From an uncultured Candidatus Saccharibacteria bacterium (lineage in GTDB: Bacteria; Patescibacteriota; Saccharimonadia; Saccharimonadales; Saccharimonadaceae): a stretch of 39,193 bases of DNA. Made by a program: the position numbers and the translations under genes. Below, one piece after another: positions 33,381-39,193 of this stretch (the first letter of the stretch is position 1; each line of letters opens with the position of its first letter). Under the pieces are notes generated by a model. That model saw only the letters and a list, made by a program, of their open reading frames with translations. It had not been told where the DNA came from and did not search any database. The stretch spans positions 1 to 39,193 of the forward strand of contig CAZGAP010000007.1 in assembly GCA_964523935.1 (NCBI GenBank). The letters are read 5' to 3'.

Positions 33381-33756
33381 ATTGGTGGAGGTACTGACGA
33401 TTGCGCTAGTGTACGGTATATAACTACCCCGTAGTGGTCAAAAAACATCGGAAAATAAAGACAACCACCTGCGAGTAGTGGTTGTCTTAACGTGGAGTAT
33501 TTTGTTGACTGTTTATTTTTGGCCCCTGAACTGTTTGTATAATTTTTTTATTCAGAGACTACCCCTATAATATGTCGTCAAAGTGCTTGTGTCAACTACA
33601 TTCTGCTAATTTTATTAGTAAAAAATACTACGGCAAAAATCGCCCTACATATGGCGTTCCGTTGGCTGTCGGGTACACAATTCGTTTGGGTACCTATGTA
33701 GCAAAACGAAAGGGTTTGCAATATAATAAGTAATAACCTAGACGGGGGAGGAAAAT

Positions 33757-34458
33757 ATGGAGAGCGACCAACAAGCAGGCGGACAACCGTCTTCTGTTGA
33801 TGCAACACAGCGATCTCCTCGCAGCTACGGCTTTCTGATTCGAATGAGCCGACGGATGGGGAATATAGCGACACAGTCATCATTTATCAATGACGTCAAA
33901 AGTTTCATGACGTATGAGATAAGCTATGGATCCGCAGGGAAGTGGTGGGATACGAGTGCCGCGAAGAAAGCACACAAAACCCAGCAGGCCGCTCAGCGGT
34001 CTGAACTCCAGAAGAAAAATGCAAAGGAGGGCACTGTAAAGAAAGAAAAAGAGCTCAAAAAGATCGTCTCCCAGTCGCACGAAGTCCTCATGGCGGCAAA
34101 TACGGTATTTCCCATCACGCTTTTTCCTGATAGCGTGACCGTCGACAGAACAAAAGTGACGATTACCAAAAGGGACTTTTTCTGGAGTTCCGATGTCATG
34201 AGTATACGGATCGAAGATGTACTAAACGTATCCGCATCGGTTGGGCCTTTGTTTGGCTCCTTGACGGTCGCTAGCCGGGTGATGAGTACGATAGATCATT
34301 TCAAGATTAATCATTTCTGGCGCAATGATGCCATACGCTTGAAACATATCATTCAAGGCTATGTGATTGCTCAGCATAACAACATCGATACGGCTCATTT
34401 AAACAAAAAAGAGCTCACGGAAACGCTCATCGAGCTGGGCCACGATTCAAATAATTAA
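33757..34458 (+). CDS. Hypothetical protein: disordered Lys/Gln-rich N-terminal half and bPH2-like C-terminal domain, no TM helix
   Basis: RBS GGGGGAGG 6 nt upstream. The C-terminal half (TVDRTKVTITKRDFFWSSDVMSIRIEDV..GPLFGSLTV..AIRLKHIIQGYV) follows the same pattern as the bPH2 domain of the 14195-14722 protein. Confidence 0.55.
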   Translation: MESDQQAGGQPSSVDATQRSPRSYGFLIRMSRRMGNIATQSSFINDVKSFMTYEISYGSAGKWWDTSAAKKAHKTQQAAQRSELQKKNAKEGTVKKEKELKKIVSQSHEVLMAANTVFPITLFPDSVTVDRTKVTITKRDFFWSSDVMSIRIEDVLNVSASVGPLFGSLTVASRVMSTIDHFKINHFWRNDAIRLKHIIQGYVIAQHNNIDTAHLNKKELTETLIELGHDSNN

Positions 34459-34554
34459 AAAATAACAACGTTGTAAAAAAATATAATATAGTTAAATAAC
34501 AGATATAAATCATAACGTTGCAAAAAATACCTGCATAGATTACATCACTTAGTG

Positions 34555-34583
34555 TTGACCAATTGAAATGCTCATGGTATATT
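34555..34583 (+). promoter_or_regulatory. Candidate strong sigma-70 promoter inside the long non-coding region
   Basis: TTGACC (34555-60), a 17-nt spacer, then TGgTATATT (-10 at 34578-83). The first copy of the TTTCTACAGAAAC motif begins about 4 nt after the predicted start site. Confidence 0.45.
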
Positions 34584-34593
34584 CAACGTAGGC

Positions 34594-34794
34594 TTTCTAC
34601 AGAAACAAAAACGCCTGAAAATTAACAATTCAAAACGTTCGACGCTTCTTTGACGGTAAGTCGATAGCGACAATATATACTTTGCTCTGAACTTAACAGT
34701 GCACGCACCTTTTGTTGACGCTATCGATGCTCCGCCAAACTTTCTACGGAAACGGTAGTAATGAGATTCTCGTTGCTAGCGCTTCCGTAGAAAC
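34594..34794. repeat. Three copies of a 12-13 bp partly palindromic motif TTTCTAC(A/G)GAAAC
   Basis: TTTCTACAGAAAC at 34594-34606. TTTCTACGGAAAC at 34741-34753. An inverted copy TTCCGTAGAAAC at 34783-34794. Copies 2 and 3 form an 11-bp inverted repeat with a 30-bp spacer. Confidence 0.55.
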
Positions 34795-35067
34795 AGACGT
34801 TGAGCGCGCATATGACTAGTACCTATGCGCTGAGTTAAACCTTGTTGCCGGCATGCAACAGCGTGACTACTCAGCGTATACGCGGAACATCTATGCAAGA
34901 GACCCATGCTTCAGGTTTTCCTGGAGCGGTCAGACGCCAGGAGTGGCAGGCTGATTATTGGTGCACGCGCCCTTTTAATCTCTTACAGCGGCGGTTGTCG
35001 CAACCAGATCATTATGGTCTGCTGCTCTGGCTCCATTTATTAAAATTCTTTTGTGTATATAAAAATC

Positions 35068-35454
35068 ATGTTCGGGAAAATATTATTTATCATCGGCCTC
35101 GCTGCAGCGGGGCTGCTTTTGGTTGTCTTGAATGTCATGACTCCCGCGGGTGGCGGTGCGTTAGGGATACTTGCCGTGTTCCTGCTGGCGTACGTTACGC
35201 TCCTCTCTGCCGTGACCTTCGGTTTGTGGGCCCTGAGCAGGGTGGTCCTGAAGGTCGGCTCGGAAATCAGGCCTGGCCGTAGCGGGGAGAAACTTTCACT
35301 GAAAAAAGCATACTATTATGCGTCCGTCATCGCTCTTGCGCCGGTTATTCTTATCAGTCTTCAGTCCGTCGGAGGCGTTGGTATATACGAAGTCGGCCTG
35401 GTATTCGTGTTCGTTCTGCTCGGGTGTTTGTATATAGCCCGAAGGACAAAATAA
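35068..35454 (+). CDS. Small four-TM membrane protein (unknown function)
   Basis: MFGKILFIIGLAAAGLLLVVL.. with four hydrophobic helices. The ORF track opens at GTG 35053. No clear RBS. Confidence 0.55.
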   Translation: MFGKILFIIGLAAAGLLLVVLNVMTPAGGGALGILAVFLLAYVTLLSAVTFGLWALSRVVLKVGSEIRPGRSGEKLSLKKAYYYASVIALAPVILISLQSVGGVGIYEVGLVFVFVLLGCLYIARRTK

Positions 35455-35494
35455 CCACTGCTGTTTTGACAGTGGTTATGCTATAATTACGCGT

Positions 35495-35902
35495 ATGAAT
35501 CCTGAACTGCCTGCACCACAAGCCAGCCCGGAATTTCAGGCGCCTCGGCCTGAGGCAGAACCTCATCTTACGAACCCTGAAACTGCCGGCGAACGCTCGC
35601 GTGAGCGTGAGCAGAACATGCAACGGGTTGATCGTGGTGCCGCTTTGCCACCACCCCCTGCGACCGTGCCGCTGCCACCGCAAGTCGTTCCGGTTCCGGC
35701 AGCCCCGACGACTTCCGATGATAGCGCAGGGCCGACGATCGCAGCCGACGATGACCTTATAGAGAAAGAATGGGTGGACAAAGCCAAGAAGATCATCGCT
35801 GAAACGCGCGACGACCCCTACCGTCGTGAGCAGGAAGTCAGCAGGCTTCAGGCCGACTATCTGCGCAAGCGATACGGGAAAGATCTAGGTGGCTCAAATT
35901 AG
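35495..35902 (+). CDS. Hypothetical protein: Pro-rich disordered N-terminus and helical C-terminal module
   Basis: 135 aa. PPPPATVPLPPQVVPVPAAP, followed by EKEWVDKAKKIIAETRDDPYRREQEVSRLQADYLRKRYGK. TGcTATAAT lies 7 nt before the ATG. Confidence 0.55.
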   Translation: MNPELPAPQASPEFQAPRPEAEPHLTNPETAGERSREREQNMQRVDRGAALPPPPATVPLPPQVVPVPAAPTTSDDSAGPTIAADDDLIEKEWVDKAKKIIAETRDDPYRREQEVSRLQADYLRKRYGKDLGGSN

Positions 35903-35924
35903 GGCCGTGAGCTAGAATAGAAGT

Positions 35925-38834
35925 ATGGCAAGCGTATTCATTTTTATCTTCGTCGCCACTTTCGTGGGCGGGGCTATTCTTGTCATCGCTTTTACTCAGT
36001 ACAAAAAGACGCTCCGCGAAGCAAAGAATTATGAACGCGGCTTAAAAATGGTGCCTATGTTCATCCACCTTCCGCCTTCGAGCGAAGATACGGAGAAAGG
36101 GGCGCGTGACGAGCGCGACCTGACCGAAGAGGTGTTGTCGGAAGCCCAGGTAATGTATAACATCATCGCCAGTACGGCGACGAAGGGCTTCAAGAATAAG
36201 ATATACGGTCAGCGTCACATATCATTTGAGATCGTCGCGAAAGGCGGCCTGGTGCATTACTATGCGGTGGTCCCCGTCGTTTTGGTGGACGTGATCAAGC
36301 AGGCGATTGCGGCAGCATACCCTTCTGCCCGGCTGGAGGAAGTGGCAGCGCACAACATATTCAGCCAAGCGGGCAAGATGAGCGGTGTTATCGGCGGCGA
36401 ATTCACGTTGAAGAAAAAGTTCGTTTACCCGATAGCGACCTATCAGGAGTCAAAGCGGGACGCGGCAAGGGCGCTACTGAATGCCATGTCCGCTGCGACC
36501 CGGGAAGACGGTGTCGCCCTCCAGTTCCTTATTCGCCCCGCCAATGAGGGATGGGTCCGCTCCTCAATAGATGCGGCGAAGAAAATCAAGGAAGACAAGG
36601 CGAAGTCAAAGGGTATGGGTATTAAGGGCGCTTCGGGAATGGCAGAGTTGCTTTGGAAGCCGCCTGAGAATCCGGGTGATAAAAAACCCGAGGAAAGACA
36701 GCTGACTTCTCTCGAAGAAGAGATGATAAAGGCGATCGAAGAGAAGACCCGCTACCCAGGATACGAGGTGCTTGTCAGGGTAATCGTCTCATCGAACACC
36801 ACCGAGCACTCACAAGGGCTGCTGAAAAACATCGTCGCCGCTTTTGCACTTTTTGATTCACCGAGCAACAATGGCTTCAAGTTCAGCCCGGCACGGGACG
36901 TCGAAGAGCTCGTAACGGCGTTTATCTTTAGGTTCTTCCCCCAAACGGTAAAGCAAAACATATTGAACAGCGTGGAAATGGCAACGATATTCCACTTACC
37001 GGACCAAAACAGCATTCCGACGTCCAAGGTGAAGCGACAAATGTCCAAGCAAGTCGACGGGCCGACGGAACTTATGGATGAGGGGCTGCTTCTCGGTATC
37101 AACGAATACCGCGGCGTCAAAAAAGAAATACGTCTGAGTACGAACGATCGTCGCAGGCATACATACATGATCGGTCAGACCGGTGTCGGCAAATCGGGAT
37201 TCATATCCAACCTGGCATTCCAGGACATGCATGAGGGCAAGGGCTTCGCTCTGATTGATCCGCATGGAGACCTGGTAGAGGATCTTCTGGCGAACGTCCC
37301 GAAGGAACGGGTAGAAGACATCATCTATTTCAACCCTAGTGATTTAGAGAACCCTATAGGCTTGAACCTGTTCGAATGGGACACGGAGGACCAAAAGGAC
37401 TTTCTTGTTCAGGAGTCAATCAACATGCTGTACAGCCTGTACGATCCGGGCCATACGGGTATCGTCGGGCCACGGCTCGAGCACATCTTCCGCAACTGCG
37501 CCTTACTGCTGATGGCCGACCCTAACGGGGGTACGTTCATCGATATACCGAAGCTGCTGGTCGACGACGCTTTCATGAAATCAAAGCTGAAGTACGTCAC
37601 CGACCGTAACGTCCTCGATTTCTGGACGAAAGAATACCCGGCTTCCCAGCGATCGAATGAATCGGGAGAGGTAACAAGCTGGGTCGTCAGTAAGTTCGGA
37701 CCGTTCCTTAGCAACACGATGATGCGCAACATAATGGGACAGACTAAAAGCGGATTTAACATCAGGGATGTCATGGACAACGACAAGATCCTCCTCGTCA
37801 ATCTCTCAAAGGGAAAGATGGGCGAGCTGAACTCCAAGCTGATCGGCATGATTTTCGTGATGAAGTTCCAGGCTGCGGCAATGGCAAGGGCTGACATACC
37901 GGAAGAGGAGCGTAAGGATTTCTGTTTGTTCGTCGATGAGTTCCAGAACTTTGCGACGGAAAGTTTCGAGTCGATCCTGTCTGAAGCGCGTAAGTACCGT
38001 CTCAATCTCGTCCTTGGCAATCAGTTCATGACCCAGTTGACCGAAAAAATCCGCGAAGCGATCATTGGTAACGTCGGCACGGTCATCAGCGGTCGCATCG
38101 GTGTGACCGATGCGGAACTTATGGTGAAGAAGTATCAGCCCGTATTCGACGCTGAGGACCTGACGAAGCTTCCTAATTACCAGGCGATCGCGAGCGTGAT
38201 GATACATAATGTCCCGTCAGCTCCGTTCAGTATGTCTCTACTGGCGCCTATGGCCCAGAAAAACCCGCAACTAGCCGATGCGATGAAGCGTCTTTCAGCC
38301 ACCAAATACGGTGTGAGCAGAGCGGTGATAGAGAAGGAAATCTTCGCACGACTAGAGCCACCGAAGCCCCAGCGGCCAGCTATGCCAGCTGGCAGTGGAT
38401 CACCACAGCCGACTGTCGCAAAGCCGCAAGGGACCGGCGGCGCCTCATTCCTGGATGAATGGCTCGCTAAGCGGCAAAAAATGGCGGCATCACCGGTGAG
38501 TCCCCCGCGGCCTCAATCCCCAGCCTTTGGCCAGACACAGGGTCAGCCACCAAGGCAGGCCTTTGCTGCGAGTGCCCCTCAGGCGCCTCCTTCGGGTCAG
38601 GCGCAAGATCAGGTGCCGGTACCGACACCGACGATCCAAGCCGTGGCTCCTCCTGTCAACAGGTCCGTGGCGTCTCCGACCACGCCTTCGCAAGCTAATA
38701 CAATACCAGCGCCTCAGATGACCGGGGTGGCAAAGCAGGGTGATGCGAGCGATTCAATCTCGTCCAGGATTAAGCAGCAACAGCCCACAAGTAGTGCGCC
38801 TGAAGCGCACGAAGTCAGTATCAGGCTTCGTTAA
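35925..38834 (+). CDS. VirD4/TraD/TraG-like type IV coupling-protein-family ATPase with an unassigned N-terminal domain and a Pro/Gln-rich tail
   Basis: 969 aa. N-terminal TM helix, about 380 aa unassigned, Walker A IGQTGVGKSG, LIDPHGDL, Walker B FCLFVDEFQNF, LVLGNQF. The last 170 aa or so are low-complexity P/Q/A/S. Confidence 0.75.
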   Translation: MASVFIFIFVATFVGGAILVIAFTQYKKTLREAKNYERGLKMVPMFIHLPPSSEDTEKGARDERDLTEEVLSEAQVMYNIIASTATKGFKNKIYGQRHISFEIVAKGGLVHYYAVVPVVLVDVIKQAIAAAYPSARLEEVAAHNIFSQAGKMSGVIGGEFTLKKKFVYPIATYQESKRDAARALLNAMSAATREDGVALQFLIRPANEGWVRSSIDAAKKIKEDKAKSKGMGIKGASGMAELLWKPPENPGDKKPEERQLTSLEEEMIKAIEEKTRYPGYEVLVRVIVSSNTTEHSQGLLKNIVAAFALFDSPSNNGFKFSPARDVEELVTAFIFRFFPQTVKQNILNSVEMATIFHLPDQNSIPTSKVKRQMSKQVDGPTELMDEGLLLGINEYRGVKKEIRLSTNDRRRHTYMIGQTGVGKSGFISNLAFQDMHEGKGFALIDPHGDLVEDLLANVPKERVEDIIYFNPSDLENPIGLNLFEWDTEDQKDFLVQESINMLYSLYDPGHTGIVGPRLEHIFRNCALLLMADPNGGTFIDIPKLLVDDAFMKSKLKYVTDRNVLDFWTKEYPASQRSNESGEVTSWVVSKFGPFLSNTMMRNIMGQTKSGFNIRDVMDNDKILLVNLSKGKMGELNSKLIGMIFVMKFQAAAMARADIPEEERKDFCLFVDEFQNFATESFESILSEARKYRLNLVLGNQFMTQLTEKIREAIIGNVGTVISGRIGVTDAELMVKKYQPVFDAEDLTKLPNYQAIASVMIHNVPSAPFSMSLLAPMAQKNPQLADAMKRLSATKYGVSRAVIEKEIFARLEPPKPQRPAMPAGSGSPQPTVAKPQGTGGASFLDEWLAKRQKMAASPVSPPRPQSPAFGQTQGQPPRQAFAASAPQAPPSGQAQDQVPVPTPTIQAVAPPVNRSVASPTTPSQANTIPAPQMTGVAKQGDASDSISSRIKQQQPTSSAPEAHEVSIRLR

Positions 38835-39193
38835 TTCTTACCTTTGATCATAACGGAGAAGTAGTCGTACAGTATGCCGATGATCCACCCGAGGACGAAT
38901 GCGCCGATAGTCTCGAATCCAGACAGTTGAAACCCATAATGTTTCGCGACGAAATACAGTACCGTGACCGAAGCGAACGCGACGATGCTGCCACTGAGGA
39001 GTGCATTCGGACGGGCGAGCGTCGAACCGAGCGCCTCACTTGTCTTTTCGATCGGCTTGCTATGGATGAACTTGCTAAAAACCCGTGCGGACGGGGTCAT
39101 GCGTTCTCGTGCATGCGACATCTGCGAGTCAAAGCTATGAGAGAGCTGCTGTTTGCTGATAGGGCCTCTTCTGCGCTCAGCCGGAGTGGCAGG
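38831..39193 (-). CDS. Membrane protein, partial (frame open to the window edge)
   Basis: Two C-terminal TM helices (LLSGSIVAFASVTVLYFVA, IGAFVLGWIIGILYDYF). There is no in-frame stop between 39121 and 39193, so the true start may lie outside the window. 4-nt convergent overlap with the ATPase gene stop. Confidence 0.5.
   Translation of the reverse strand, partial: PATPAERRRGPISKQQLSHSFDSQMSHARERMTPSARVFSKFIHSKPIEKTSEALGSTLARPNALLSGSIVAFASVTVLYFVAKHYGFQLSGFETIGAFVLGWIIGILYDYFSVMIKGKN

Noticed and set aside
32824-33448. Minus-strand ORFs 32824-33237 (137 aa) and 33266-33448 (60 aa)
   Set aside because: They overlap the tmRNA gene and its terminator. tmRNA features account for the region.
33596-33883. 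95-aa minus-strand ORF overlapping the start of the 33757 gene
   Set aside because: It overlaps the RBS and N-terminus of a better-supported plus-strand CDS, lies in AT-rich DNA with no start context, and has an implausible composition.
34842-35282. 146-aa ORF spanning the end of the long non-coding region and the start of the four-TM gene
   Set aside because: It is Cys/Arg/Trp-rich, uses a TTG start with no RBS, and overlaps the hydrophobic four-TM ORF out of frame. It coincides with stem-loop-rich sequence.
1-39193. Search for CRISPR arrays, IS or transposase genes, rRNA genes, prophage structural genes, toxin-antitoxin pairs and known defence-system signatures
   Set aside because: None could be supported by reading the six-frame translations or the DNA repeats. 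HIT, Nudix, ATL and ComM are interpreted as housekeeping genes, not defence genes, in this context.

Overview
This 39.2 kb window looks like the chromosome of a reduced-genome Gram-positive-like bacterium. The gene content resembles Patescibacteria/CPR, perhaps Saccharibacteria, but that assignment is inference only. Gene density is high and many genes are translationally coupled. Bases 1-10990 hold a complete type IV pilus locus: pilM (partial), pilN, pilO, a small membrane protein, pilB, pilT, pilC, pilA, pilD and four pilin-like genes. No secretin gene is present. Housekeeping genes follow: a Xer recombinase, uppP, ndk, HIT, sodA, thrS, an ATL protein, miaA, rpmB, an M50 protease, rplT-rpmI-infC and comM/yifB. 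Two tandem paralogous membrane-anchored surface proteins and a processive GT2 glycosyltransferase are also present. RNA genes are tRNA-Arg(CCT), tRNA-Thr(CGT), tRNA-Val(GAC), tRNA-Pro(GGG), RNase P RNA, tmRNA, and a tRNA-Asp(GTC) whose 3' acceptor strand appears to lack 5 nt. The most interesting items: (1) a T-box-like leader upstream of thrS; (2) many TGnTAnAAT promoters placed 6-9 nt before ATG, which suggests leaderless mRNAs; (3) a duplicated 23-nt tRNA-Val 5' fragment; (4) a region just downstream of ssrA (33.4-39.2 kb) with AT-rich structured non-coding DNA carrying a repeated 12-13 bp motif, hypothetical proteins, and a 969-aa VirD4/TraD-like ATPase. No CRISPR array, transposase or rRNA was seen. 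All calls rest on reading the sequence and recognising motifs. No searches were run.
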